DNA of 64,000 nucleotides from Mustelus asterias (Eukaryota): positions 496,001-560,000 of the forward strand of contig NW_027590159.1 of assembly GCF_964213995.1 (NCBI RefSeq), written 5' to 3'. This document shows, in pieces, positions 1-12,741 of the stretch. Below the pieces are notes generated by a model. The model worked only from the letters and a program-made list of their open reading frames with translations, was not told the DNA's origin and searched no databases. Both the position numbers and the translations under genes were made by a program. The first letter of the stretch is position 1; each line of letters begins with the position of its first letter.

Positions 1-1475
1 CACTCTCACACACATAAATACATACATCTGCACTCATATATTATCTCTCGCTCTCTCTTGCTCTCTCGCTCACTCTCACTCTCTCTCTCACACACCCACA
101 AACAAACAAACACACACATACATATTCATGCTCACGCTCTCTCTCAAGATTTCTGTCAAACCCATATGCATTCTATCTCTCACACGTCGCACACGCTTTC
201 ACACGCAGAAAAGCAGATATACTCTCGCTCTCCCAAGCAATGTCTCAAAAACACTCACGCACATTCTCACTTACACACAGAGACTCAATCCCACGCTCTC
301 GCACACCACACTTTTCTCTCTCTCGTCCTCTTTCTCACACACACTATCTTTCACATACCCTCTGCCACAAACTCACTCTGTCCAAATTCATTCACAATCT
401 CACAATCCCTCTTGCACACAAACTCTCTCTCACACATGCACATATTTCTCTCTTTCCCACACACTCTCTCTCTCTCAAATTATTTCACACATGTACATTC
501 TTGATCTCAAAACCGGTCTCTCTCAAAGACTCAATCTCACAATATACATGCACACACTCTCCTACAAACACACTCTCTCTCATAGGCACAGTTTCACATC
601 TCGCACATATATCCTCTCTCACAGCACCCACTCTCGCATGCACTATGTCTCTGACATACTATCTGCCAAAAATGTTCATTCTGTCTCACACTCATTCACG
701 CACGCTCTGTCACAATCCGTCTTGCACACGCATTGTCTCTCTCTCTCACACACACCCACACATTTATCTTCCCCTTTCACACAATCATTCTCTGACACTC
801 TCACACATGCCCATTCCTGCTCTCACACACTGTCTCTCTCAAAAGCACTCCCTTTCACACAAACACAGACACGTGCACACGCTCACACATACATTCTCTC
901 TTACACGCAGGCACACTCTCTCACAAAAGCACAATCTCACACTCTCGCACACACATTGTCTCTCACACACGCTCACATGCACTGTCGCTGTCTCATACAC
1001 TTTGTCACATATGCTCACTTTGTCTCACACACACTCTCTCCCATACAAACACTCTTCCACACCCATTTTCTCTGACAGGCACATATTTCACTATCTCTTT
1101 CACACTCACTCTCTCACACTATATCACACATGCGCATAATTGATCTCAAATGTCTCTCACAAACACATACTCTCTTTCACACGTACATTCACTCACACAC
1201 AGTCTCTCTGTGTCTCACACACGCACACACATGTGTAGTAAATGCATCTCTCTTAAAGACTCTACCTATCACAGACACAAAAGTTCTCTCGCTCTCGCAG
1301 GTCACACGTCACAAACACTCACACAGAAAGACATGCATACTCTCGCTCTCCCAAGCAATCTCTCACACCTCCATACAGAAAAATACTCAAGCACATACTC
1401 CCGACCATTATCTTCCTCTGACACACTCGCACAGTCACTCTGTCTCATTTGCACACTTATTCTCGCTCACATCCT
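1..1475. repeat. Degenerate (CA)n/(CT)n low-complexity tract, presumed J-CH1 intron
   Basis: Very G-poor cacaca/ctctct mosaic; produces spurious His/Thr/Ser/Leu ORFs. Confidence 0.9.
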
Positions 1476-1480
1476 GATAC

Positions 1481-3516
1481 AAGGATATTATTAAACTGGA
1501 AAGAATACAGAAAATATTTACTAGGATGCGAGCGGGAATTGATGGTTTAAGTTACAAAGAGAGGCTGGATGGACTGGGACTTTTTTCCTGGAGCGTGGGC
1601 GGCTTGGGAGTGGTCTTATAGAGGTCTATGAAATAATGAGGGGCATAGATGAGGTAGATAGTGAACATCTTTTCCCAAAGGTAGGAGAGTCTAAAACTAG
1701 GGGCAGAGGTTTAAGGTTCGAAGGGACCTAGTGCTGAACTTGCAGGGGCCCTGGCAGACATATTTAAAATGTCAGTATTCACGGGGGAGGTGCCGGATAA
1801 TTGGAGGGTGGCTCATGTTGTTCCTTTGTTTAAAAAAGGTTCAATAAGAAATCCGGGAAATTATCGGCCAGTAAGTTTGACGTCGGTGGTGGGCAAGTTA
1901 TTGGAAGGTGTGATAAGGGATAGGATCTACAAATATTTGGATAGACAGGGACTTATTAGGGAGAGTCAACGTGGCTTTGTGCGTGGTAGGTCATGTTTGA
2001 CCAATCTATTAGAGTTTTTCGAGGAGGTTACCAGGAAAGTGGATGAAGGGAAGGCGGTGGATGCTGTCTACCTGGATTTCAGCAAGGCCTTTGACAAGGT
2101 CCCTCATGGGAGGGTAGTTAGGAAGGTTCAGTCGCTAGGTATACATGGGGAGGTAGTAAATTGGATAAGACACTGGCTCAATGGAAGAAGCCAGAGAGTG
2201 GTTGTGGAGGATTGCTTCTCTGAGTGGAGGCCTGTGGCTAGTGGTGTGCCGCAGGGATCGGTGTTGGGTCCATTGTTGTTTGTCATCTATATCAATGATC
2301 TGGATGATAATGTGATAAATTGGATCAGCAAGTTTGCTGATGATACAAAGATTGGAGGTGTAGCGGACAGTGAGGAAGGTTTTCAAAGCTTGCAGAGGGA
2401 TTTGGACCAACTAGAAAATTGGCCTGAAAAATGGCAAATGGAGTTTAACGCGGACAAGTGTGAGATATTGCACTTTGGAGGGACAAACCAAAGAAAAACG
2501 TACAGGGTAAATGGTAGGACTCTGAAGAGTGCAGTTGAACAGAGGGATCTGGGAATACAGGTACAGAATTCCCTAAAAGTGACGTCACAGGTGGATAGGG
2601 TCGTAAAGAGTGCCTTTGGTACATTGGCCTTTATAAATCGGAGTATCGAGTATAAAAGTTGGAGTGTTATGGTAAGGTTATATAGGGCATTGGTGAGGCC
2701 GAATTTGGAGTACTGTGTACAGTTTTGGTCACCTAGTTACAGGAAGGATGTAAATAAGATTGAAAGAGTGCAGAGAAAGTTCACAAGGATGTTGCCAGGA
2801 CTTGAGAAGCTGAGTTACAGAGAGAGATTGAATAGGTTGGGACTTTATTCCCTGGAGCGTAGAAGATTGAGGGGAGATTTGATGGAGGTGTATAAGGTTT
2901 TGATGGGTATAGATAGAGTGAATGCAAGCAGGCTTTTTCCGCTGAGGCTGGGGGAGAAAAAAACCAGAGGGCATGGGTTAAGGGTGAAAGGAGAAAAGTT
3001 TAAAGGGAATATTAGGGGGGGCTTCTTCACGCAGAGAGTGGTGGGAGTGTGGAATGAGCTGCCGGATAAAGTGGTAAATGCAGGGTCACTTTTAACATTT
3101 AAGAAAAACTTGGACGGGTTCATGGATGAGAGGGGTGTGGAGGGATATGGTCCAAGTGCAGGTCAGTGGGACTAGGCATAAAATGGTTCGGCACAGACAA
3201 GAAAGGCCAAAAGGCCTGTTTCTGAGCTGTAATTTTCTATGGTTCTATGGTTCTATGGGAGAAATACAAAAGAGTCCAGAGAGGCATTTTGTTTCACTCA
3301 GAGGGTGGTGAGCGTCTGGAACGCGTTGCCGGGGCAGTCGTAGAGACACACACAATTTTGTATTTTAAAAAGCATTTAGGTACAAGGGTAAAATGGCTTT
3401 AGAGAGATATACGCTAAATGCGGACAGTTGGGACTAACTTAATGGCAAGAACTGGGCGGCATGGAGAAGCTGGGCCGAAGAGCCTGTTTCCATGCTGTAA
3501 ATATCTATGACTCTAT
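1481..3516 (+). mobile_element. Older 5'-truncated CR1 LINE 3' fragment (1481-~1725 and ~3259-3516), split by a nested CR1
   Basis: KDIIKLERIQK.. RT C-terminal coding stops near ..ttaaggttcgaaggg and resumes at gagaaatacaaaagagtccag after the nested element; ends in a tctatgac tail. Confidence 0.8.
1726..3258 (+). mobile_element. 5'-truncated CR1 LINE with open ORF2 RT segment (ORF 1769-3175)
   Basis: Motifs PGNYRPVSLTS, YLDFSKAFDKV, GVPQGSVLGP, KFADDTK, RPNLEYCVQFWSP; 3' (ttctatgg)3 tail. Confidence 0.95.
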
Positions 3517-3535
3517 GACACGCACTCTCCCCTGG

Positions 3536-3568
<33 letters not shown>

Positions 3569-3674
3569 TATCGGTCCATCTCACACACACACCCTCTCCC
3601 TCACACACACTCTATCCTGTCACAGACAGACACGCTGTCACACACACGTACAAACTCGGGTCTCACGCACACAT

Positions 3675-4472
3675 ATGATGCATTTTGGTGGATTGAACCA
3701 GGGCACGACTTATTCAGTTAATGGTAGCGCGTTGGGGCGAGTTACAGAACAAAGAGAGCTCGAGGTACATGTTCAGAGCTCCTTGAAAGTGGAGTCACAG
3801 GTGGACAGAGTGGTGAAGAAGGCATTCGGGATGCTTGGTTTCATTGGTCAGAACATTGAATACAGGAGTTGGAATGTCCTGTTGAAGTTGTACAAGACAT
3901 TAGTAAGGCCACACTTGGAATACTGTGTGCAATTCTGGTCACCCTATTATAGAAATGATATTATTAAACTAGAAAGAGTGCAGAAAAGGTTTAGCAGGAT
4001 GCTACCGGGACTTGATGGATTGAGCTATAAGGAGAGGCTGGATGGACTGGGACTTTTTTCTCTGAAGCGTAGGAGGCTGAGGGGTGATCTTCTAGAAGTC
4101 TATAAAATAATGCGGGGCACAGATCAGCTAGATCGTCAATATCTTTTCCCAACGGTAGGTGAGTCTAAAACTCGAGGGCATAGGTTTAAGATGAGACGGG
4201 AGAGATACAAAAGTGTCAGGAGGGGCTATTTTTTCACACAGAGGGTGGTGAGTGTCTGGAACAAGCTGCCAGAGATAGTAGTAGAGGCGGGTACAATTTT
4301 GTCTTTTAAAAAGCATTCAGATAGTTACATGGGTACGATGGCTATCGAGGGATATGGGACAAATGCGGGAAATTGGGATTAATTTAGGGTTAAAAACAAA
4401 AGGGCGGCATGGACAAATTGGGCCGAAGGGCCTGTTTCCATGCTGTAAACCTCGATGACTCTATGATTCCAT
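3675..4472 (+). mobile_element. 5'-truncated CR1 LINE
   Basis: ORF 3675-4382 with RPHLEYCVQFWSP and FFTQRVV; CR1 3'UTR gggccgaagggcctgtttcc. Confidence 0.92.
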
Positions 4473-5140
4473 GACATGTGCCTCAGACATCCTCACACAC
4501 ACACCACTCACAAAGTTTCTCTCTTTCACGCACACACTCATACAGAAGAACTCTCTCTACCTCGTCTGTCTCTCTCTCTCTCTCGCAAACACACCCTATC
4601 TCACATATATTCTCACACGTTCTCTATCTGTCTCTCTCATTCTGTCACCAATAATCTGCAACAAACTCACTGTCATGTGCAACTACATTATCTCTCTCTG
4701 TCACATACACACATTCTCTGTCTCTCATACACCCTTAGTCACACCCACTCTCTCCTCTTACACACAGACACCGTGTCTCACACATTTACAAACTTAGGAT
4801 CTCACACACACATGTCTCTCACAGAAACACCACACAGAAAATCTCTCCCTCTCCCACTCACACAATAACACCCTATCTCATACACATTCTCTCACATGCT
4901 CAATCTCTCTCTCATTCTCATCCCAACATCTATCACACACTCACTGTCACGCGCAGGTAAATTAACTCTCTCTCTTTCACACACGGACTCTATCCTGAAC
5001 ACTCACACATACCGTGTTTTTTCTCTCTCACTGTATCTTAGACACACTCTCTCTCTCACACACGTATACTACATAACCAACACATATCTCTTTCTCATAC
5101 ACATAAAGCCACACTCGTATATACACATACACACACACAG
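4473..5140. repeat. CA/CT low-complexity tract
   Basis: Degenerate dinucleotide repeats. Confidence 0.85.
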
Positions 5141-5142
5141 AC

Positions 5143-5364
5143 GGGGGAAAGGCAGAGAGCCGGGGGAGAGAGCAGAGAGCTGGGCGAAAGGGCAAATAAC
5201 CTGGGGAAAGGGCGAAGAGCCCGGGAAAGTGTAGACAGCTGGGGGGAAATGTTTAGAGCCGGGACAGAGGGCAGGGAGCTGGGGGAAAGGGCAAAGCACC
5301 CGGAGAAAGGGTAGAGACCCAGGGAAGAGGGTAGGGAGCTGGGACAGAGGGCAGAGAGCCGGGG
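5143..5364 (+). repeat. G-rich ~20-bp tandem repeat, ~11 units, consensus about GGGGAAAGGGCAGAGAGC(C/T)
   Basis: Periodicity directly visible; AGCTGGG at 5178, 5237, 5277 and 5337. Confidence 0.9.
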
Positions 5365-5627
5365 ATAAGTTCATAATTCTAGTCAAATCTTGACGTAGAA
5401 ACTTAGAAAATCGAAGCAGGAGCCGGCTGTTCAGCCCTTTGAGCCTGTCTGCCATTCACTTTGACCATGGCTCATCAATATCCTGATCCCGCCGACCACC
5501 CATATCCCTTGATCTCATTAGCCCCAAGAGCAATATCTAATATAGAACCATATTTGTATAAACATGTTTGATTAATTAATAAAAGCAAATAAGAGTCTAA
5601 CTTGTTCAATCGACTATTCATTCCCAG

Positions 5628-5927
5628 CGACACCATCTCCTCCGACTCTCTACAGCCTGGTCTCCTCCTGTCATCAACACAACTCCGACGGTTCCGTCAC
5701 CTATGGCTGTTTGGCGATGGACTACTCTCCAGATGTCTCCAAACTGACCTGGAAGAAAAATGGGCTGCCGATCACCACTGGGTTTAAGACATACCCATCA
5801 GTGAGAAACACGAAGGGAACCTACACACTGAGCAGCCAGTTAACCATCACCGAGTCAGAGGGAGACTGCAGCAAAATTGACTGTGAGGTTCGACACAGCG
5901 GCTCAGACAAAAGCATTGGAATGCAAT
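5628..5927 (+). CDS. IGHM: IgM heavy chain CH1 exon
   Basis: ttcccag| acceptor; encodes [15 protein letters not shown]..[33 protein letters not shown], matching shark Cmu1; T|gtaagt donor, phase 1. Confidence 0.96.
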
Positions 5928-6059
5928 GTAAGTGTGTGGAACCTGGGCAAGAGAGGGACGCTGTGATTGAACTATATCAGGCCTTAGTTATAACTGATTT
6001 GTAGCACTCTGAAAATTTTGAATTATGCAAATTATGACTGAAAAGTTGCTGAGAACCAA

Positions 6060-6775
6060 AGACCAACAGAAATGTAACTGTGCAGAATGAGGCCATTTAG
6101 CCCATCATGTCTGGCCAAAAGGGAGAACAAATACACTAGCCAGACATTTTAAGCCTATTTTCCAGCCCTTGATCCGTAGCTTTGCAGGCGAAAGCACTTG
6201 AGATGGAGACCCAGATACCTTTTAAATGACCATGCTCCCTGGTAATTGAGCCTTCCACTTGGGGAGTGAAATTTTCAGCCTACATCCCTTATAATTTTGT
6301 GAACCACAATTACGTCACGCCTCAGCCTCTTCTTTTTCTGAGGAGAACAATCCCTGCCTGTCCAATCTCTCCTCATCGCTGCAATTCTCAGCCCCGGAAA
6401 CATTCTTGTAAACCTCATCTCTCTCCAGAGTCATCACGTCATTCCTGCAATGTGGTGACCAGAACTGTACAGCAAACTCCAACCGTGGCCTAACTGGCAT
6501 TTTATACAGCTCCATCATTGCATCCCTGTTTTGGAACTCAATATCTCACATAATGGAGGAACTAACCCACATGATTTTCTGATCAACTTGCAGCTGTCCT
6601 AGCATCTACAAGACCTGTGGAAATGCATTCCAAGGTCGCGCATTTCCACAATCCCTCTCAACCTTCCAGTTTATTGACTATCCCCTTGCTTTGTTTGACC
6701 TCCCCAAATGCATTGCGTGACACTTCTGACGGTTGAATTCGATTCGCCAATTCCCTGCCCATTCAACCAAACCAC
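6060..6775 (-). mobile_element. Degraded CR1 fragment in CH1-CH2 intron
   Basis: Minus-strand RPRLEFAVQFWSPH motif with frameshifts. Confidence 0.75.
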
Positions 6776-6880
6776 GGATATCATTCTCAAGTCGGCAGCT
6801 CTCCTGCTAAAATATAAGAACTAATTTTAATTGTTATCAATTGATTCGGCAAGTAGCGTCTAAACATGTGTTTGTTTAAG

Positions 6881-7186
6881 GCGACATCCCCCCAACCGTT
6901 ATCCTTACCGTGAGTTCCAGTGACGAAATCACAAGCAGGAAATTTGCAACCATCGTCTGTTCGATCATCGATTTCCAGCCAAAGTCTATGACGGTGAAGT
7001 GGCTGAAGAATGGCCAACCCATGGATTCAGGAATTGTCACCTCTTCCGCCTGTGAAGTGAATGGGAACTTCTCGGCGAGCAGTCGGCTGATAGTCTCCGC
7101 TCGGGAATGGTTCAGCAAAGCAGTCTATACCTGCCAGGTCACTCATCAAGGATTCACTCAGAGTCAGAACATCAGCGGATCTCTGG
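6881..7186 (+). CDS. IGHM: IgM heavy chain CH2 exon
   Basis: tttaag| acceptor; [47 protein letters not shown]..; G|gtaaga donor. Confidence 0.96.
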
Positions 7187-7369
7187 GTAAGAGACTCAAA
7201 CCGAGGATAAAATATATCATTTCAATGTTAATCGAAATTAGGGATCTATTAAAGTTAGTACAAAGATAGAACAACTTCGGATTTACTGTCATGTGGTTTG
7301 TTGCATTGGGACAGTGGCTCATTGAGAATTTCATCACAACAGCAATTTTTGTTATTCCTTCATGAGATG

Positions 7370-7660
7370 TGTATTTATTTCCCATCCCAGAGGGCACTTA
7401 AGTGTCAACCACATTGCTGTGGACCTGGAGTCACATGCATGCCAGGCCAGATAAAGACAGCAGATTTACTTTTCTAAAGGGCATTCGTGAACCAGGTGGG
7501 TTTTTACAACAATGGCTTCATGATGATCATTTGACTTTTAATCATAGATTTTTATTAAAGTCAAATTTCACCATCTGCAGTGGTGAGATTCGAATATGTG
7601 TCCCCAGAGTCATGCCCTAGGTTACAAGCCCATTGACAACACCACCATGCCACCGACTCA
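7370..7660 (-). mobile_element. Degenerate tRNA-derived SINE (same family as 52790-53115)
   Basis: Reverse complement resembles the 52790-53115 element (gtcaaccacattgctgtgg..ctggagtcacatg..ccaggccag). Confidence 0.6.
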
Positions 7661-8102
7661 CCTGGAAATCGTGTTCACTTCCATTTTGAAGTAATATAGT
7701 GAGCGAGGTGGCCTTGATGTCAGCTTTTTCCTGAGACAGCTGGTAAGATTTGGAGAGACAGTCGGTGTCGGACTGTTTCACAGGTCACAGTATAGGGGTA
7801 AAATATTGGAAAGTACATCCACCCTACTGATAAGCCAACGGTCAGTACTTTTTTCCTGAGTTCAGGATGGTGTATTTGTTTAGGAATGCTGCAATCCTGA
7901 TTCATGAGAATGATACTGTTGCTAAAATACTTTAATAAAAAGAATAGTTTCACAGAGCAGGCTGGTTTTCCATCCTCCATCGAAGTTGAAAGGTGATAGT
8001 TAGACGTTGATATCTCGAAGGCGACTACGTCTCCTTCAGGCTGAAGACTGCTGTCCTGCTTCTGAAAGAGAACTAGGGTGGATTTTCATTTGTCATTCAC
8101 AG

Positions 8103-8411
8103 GTCCTTCCCAGTGCCCTGATACCACAGTGACGATACAGCCACCACCAATAGAACAGGTCTTAATGGAGGCTACCGTGACCTTAACCTGCATCGTTTCT
8201 AATGCTCCTTATGGAGTCAACGTGTCCTGGATCCGAGACAGGAAGTATTTGAAATCAGAGATTGCCGAAAAGCCTGGAGCGGATCCTGACAGCGTGGTCA
8301 GCAACTTAAACATCTCGACACAAGCCTGGCTGAGTGCGGCTGTGTTTGACTGCGTGGTGAGCCATCAGGATCTGCCGACTCCGTTAAGAAAATCCATCCA
8401 CAAGGAAACAG
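8103..8411 (+). CDS. IGHM: IgM heavy chain CH3 exon
   Basis: ttcacag| acceptor; [48 protein letters not shown]..; G|gtgagc donor. Confidence 0.96.
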
Positions 8412-8906
8412 GTGAGCTGAGAGATTGAAGCAATAAATGCGTCACTGTGTCTATTTCCAGTGTCAGTGTACTGGTCAATATTCAGTATTCAGTGCATTAA
8501 TGGTGTCTCCTGATTGGAAACTCCACTAACTAAAGACTCTGGTCCTGCAGATATTTTTACGGGGAGATTTGATGTGTTGATGAATGAAAAGTGAACTGAA
8601 GGCGATGTTATTGGGTTTAGATCGAATAAGGAGGGAGGAGCCTGATGTGGAGCATGAAAACCAATAAAAAAGCAGATCAGTTGGGCCGAAGAGCCTGATT
8701 CAGTGCTGTAAACTTTCTGAAACTTTCCAGTCCAACCCGCTGAGTTATTTGAGAAAACAATTGTGTTCACCTCTCCTCCAAGCTGGAAGTCAAAAATAGA
8801 AACATTTAAAATCGAAAGCGAAGCACATTTTTCTGATATCTAGCCAGCAGTTTCATTGTTTCCAGAATTCTCCAGTTTATTGACATTTATTCTACATTTT
8901 CTGCAG

Positions 8907-9298
8907 ATCTAAATCCGCGGGAACCGTTCGTCTCAGTCCTCCTGCCCTCGGCAGAAGAAGTCTCCGCTCAGAGATTTGTCTCCCTCAGCTGCTTAGTGAG
9001 AGGTTTCTCCCCCAGAGAGATCTTCGTCACATGGACCGTCAACGACAAGCCAGTGAATCCTGGGAACTACAGGAACACCGAGGTGGTCGCGGAGAACGGC
9101 AATAGCTCCTTCTTCATGTACAGCCTGTTATCCATTGCAGCAGAGGAGTGGTCCAGCGGCGCTTCTTACTCCTGTGTGGTGGGACATGAAGCCATCCCCT
9201 TGAAGATCATCAACAGAACAGTTGACAAATCCAGCGGTAAACCCAGTTTTGTGAACATTTCCCTTGCTCTGATGGACACCGTTAATTCATGTCAATGA
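8907..9298 (+). CDS. IGHM: IgM heavy chain CH4 exon plus secretory tailpiece; internal donor after 9236 for the membrane form
   Basis: ctgcag| acceptor; [48 protein letters not shown]|[20 protein letters not shown], with penultimate Cys and NIS sequon; AGCG|gtaaac donor. Confidence 0.97.
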
Positions 9299-9325
9299 GA
9301 ATCACTCGGTTACATTAAAAACTTC

Positions 9326-9340
9326 AATAAAAATAATAAA
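9326..9340 (+). terminator. Poly(A) signals for secreted IgM mRNA
   Basis: AATAAA at 9326-9331 and 9335-9340, about 30 nt after the stop. Confidence 0.8.
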
Positions 9341-10479
9341 ATATTTTTCCTCTAACAACAAATGAAATAGCCAAACGCTTAATTGATTGTTTTTCAGTTT
9401 TACTTCCATTAGCTATCTTTGGTTTGACTCAGATATTTTCAGGTCTCAGGTCCAAGTCTTGTTGAACCAGTGCGCCCAGCTCAGACACACCCTGTGTTAG
9501 AGACAGAGTGGAGCGCATTCATTACAGGATTCTGCAAAATATCTTCAGCGACTTTCCTCCCTGAGGAAAACTCCGACAATTTCAACATTTCTGACAAACA
9601 AACACAACATTTAGATCTCGGTGTTCCTGCTTCTGTCGTTGTCCATGCCTTTACGCATTGATGTCAGCTTTAAGCTGCTTCACCACACCCACTGGGAACT
9701 GAAGTGAGGGTCACACAGAAACATGGCGCAACAATCCCCCCATCAGAGAGAGGGAGAGTGAAATTGTTAACATACCGGATTCCTACTCACCCAACAAAGA
9801 GAGGGGAGGAGCAGTAGCTAACCCATGTACCATCACTTCCTCAACGAAAGCAGGAGGAATGGCATTATTTAATCCATTCACCACCACCTCCTCAGTGGTT
9901 AGAACCATCAGGGACATTGCTTCACCAGGTAGAGAGAGGGAAACTATGAGCTCACTCTCCTCCCTCTCCCCAAGTAGAGTGTTTGGAAGGGAACGGCTCT
10001 CTACTATAAGGACTCAGTTGTCAACAGTACAAATTAGCTTTCGGTTTACTTGCTGCAGACTTTGAAGTATCATTATCATTATCAAAGTGTCGTTGAAGTA
10101 TATAATACACATATACTTATATATATATATATATATATATATACTTATATATATATATATGAATGTATACTTATATACATATATACTTATGCAACATAAG
10201 TTAAAAATGTTTCAACACTCTTGTTCCTGTTAATCATGTGCTGGCATTGATTTCCCATGATACAAATTTAAACAAATAATAGAATCCTCCCCGGTTTTCA
10301 CTGTTCTGTCACTGAGGTTTCTGAGATGCATCAATGAATTATTTCATTCGCTCTCCTGATATCACCGTGCCACTCACATAAAAGAAATTTCTACAGCAAA
10401 CACTGAAAATATGCTCCATTATTCATATTGTTTGGATCACGTTCAGTTAATGATTGCCGGTGAAACTTGCAGCAACGGT

Positions 10480-11920
10480 TAAAAAATACACACACTGACA
10501 GTACCGCACAAAACTGTCACAATTATAAATACACACATAGGCGTACACATACACACACACACAGACACACACACACGCACACATCGACACAAATGCACAA
10601 ATACACATACTCACAAAATGCACACAAATGCAGAAAGACACATGTAAATACACACACAAATGCATGCACATATACAGAAATACGGACAGGCACATTCAAA
10701 TGCAGACATAGAAGCACACATACACAGCACATACACATGCACAAAAACACACAGATACATGCATACACACAGATACACTTTTACACACCATAGGTACATG
10801 CAATACTTGCGCAAACAAACACACATGCAGAGAAACAAGAATGCACACACAAATGCACTCATGGACAACACAGGCACAAACAAAAATTCACACACAAATA
10901 CACACAGACACAAATACACCCACACAAAAATACACCCATACATAAATACATCCGTACACAAATATACATCGGCACACACACACATTCTCTCTCTCTCTCT
11001 CTCTCCCCCCCACCCCCCCCCCCCCCCCCCGCCCTCCACACACACACACACACACACGGATACATAGACTCGCGCTTGTACAAACAGGCACTAAAACAAC
11101 AACATACGTAGATAATCAAATATGTATAAACGTACACATATACACATAAACCACACAAGTACATACACAGACACATATGTGAGTAGGTACACAGACCCAA
11201 ATACAAGCACATACATGCAGAGACACAATACAGATAGATACACACGCATGCAGAGCTACATAAATACACAAGCAAATACATAGACTCAAATAAGTACATA
11301 TATATCAGCACACATTCACGCTGACAGGAATATAGATATAAAGACGCACAATGTTATACACATTAACAAACATACATGGAAATATATATAAACAAATTAG
11401 CAGACTGCATATAGATGAACAGACTGCAAAACATTTACACGCAAACATGTAGACGCAAACATTAACATGCTCATACAGAACAGAACACCATAGCACACAT
11501 TACTACACATCGAAACACAAACATACATCAACACACCGTTATAAAGAACTATCAACACGTATATACATGTACTGACCTGTTAACAGACATGCACACAGAC
11601 ACACGGAGAGACAGACGCACACAGAAAGGGAAACAAACATTACTGGAGTGACAGAAATTAACACATAGCAATAGGCATAAACACACGTGCGCCCATTAAG
11701 AATGGCATTAATACATATTCATAGACTTCACACAATAATAGTCATACATGCACAATGACAGAAGAATAAAATATACACACAGATGCAAACAACTTCACAA
11801 ATCAACAACCATAGGCAAATGAACGCGCACATTAACACTCTTGCACACATATTAACTCAGAGCCAAAGAATAATGCAGACCAGGAGATGCTCATGCACAC
11901 GCACACAAACGCATGATCTT
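10480..11920. repeat. Degenerate (CA)n/(CATA)n low-complexity tract in CH4-TM1 intron
   Basis: Dinucleotide-rich; includes (CT)n, a C-run and (CA)n at ~10985-11057. Confidence 0.9.
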
Positions 11921-12473
11921 AAATACAAACGGTAGGCAAATGATGAATGTAAAATTTAAAGGTGATTTTTTAATGCACATGTCCACAGATTAACTATCCA
12001 AATGTACAATGAACAGACAAACACATTGAGAAGCTGAATTAAGCTCATGATCTATTTCCACCATAAAGACAGATCGGAAATTACATCCCAAGACTTAAAC
12101 AACAAATTTAGTTTATAGATCAGTAACCATCTGTGAAAACAATCATTGATCAGTGAACGTTCCTCGATATCAGTCATAACATTGTTCAATAAGGGATAGT
12201 GGCAAATAGTTCAAAAATGAACTGATACTCAATTAAACATCTTCAGTGTTTTCTCACATGGACTGTCCAAGGAATGTCAATAAAGATCAGATGTGAAAAT
12301 AGTTACGGAGATCGGTTACTGAGTGTCCTGAATTTAACAGTAGATATACATTGAAAATTAAATTCGAATTAAATGAACAGCTTAAAAAGGAGAACGGGAA
12401 ACATAAAAATAACAATAAGATCACCTGGATAAATAAAGTAATCTAATTTCAGTTCCTGGTCTCCATCCCCTAG

Positions 12474-12601
12474 ACTCCACCGACCGTGTCTGGATTGATG
12501 ACAATGAGGATGATAACAGCAACATCTGGACAACCGCTTCTACATTCATCGTGCTGTTCTTCCTGAGCATTTTCTACAGCACTGCAGTCACTCTGGTGAA
12601 G
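12474..12601 (+). CDS. IGHM: IgM transmembrane exon TM1
   Basis: cccctag| acceptor; [43 protein letters not shown] (CART-type TM); AAG|gtgaga donor; phase fits the CH4 internal donor. Not in the ORF track. Confidence 0.96.
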
Positions 12602-12741
12602 GTGAGATGATTCAATTCACTCACATTTCAAACTGGCAGAATGGATTTGAAAACATTCTCAATGTTTCGCTGATTAAAAACTCTAACATTAACGTCCCGC
12701 ATCATCAACATCTGCTTCATTATTGTATCTTTCTTTTACAG

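Noticed and set aside
58-1494. Long His/Thr/Ser/Leu-rich ORFs (also 4471-5234, 10447-11496 and 63436-63844)
   Set aside because: Artefacts of stop-poor CA/CT/TG low-complexity DNA, open in several frames at once
1-5627. IgH V, D or J segments and RSSs
   Set aside because: No WGxG J motif or heptamer-spacer-nonamer recognised; they probably lie upstream of the window
6025-6032. Perfect octamer ATGCAAAT in the CH1-CH2 intron as an IgH enhancer
   Set aside because: A single 8-mer is expected by chance in 64 kb; no supporting motif cluster seen
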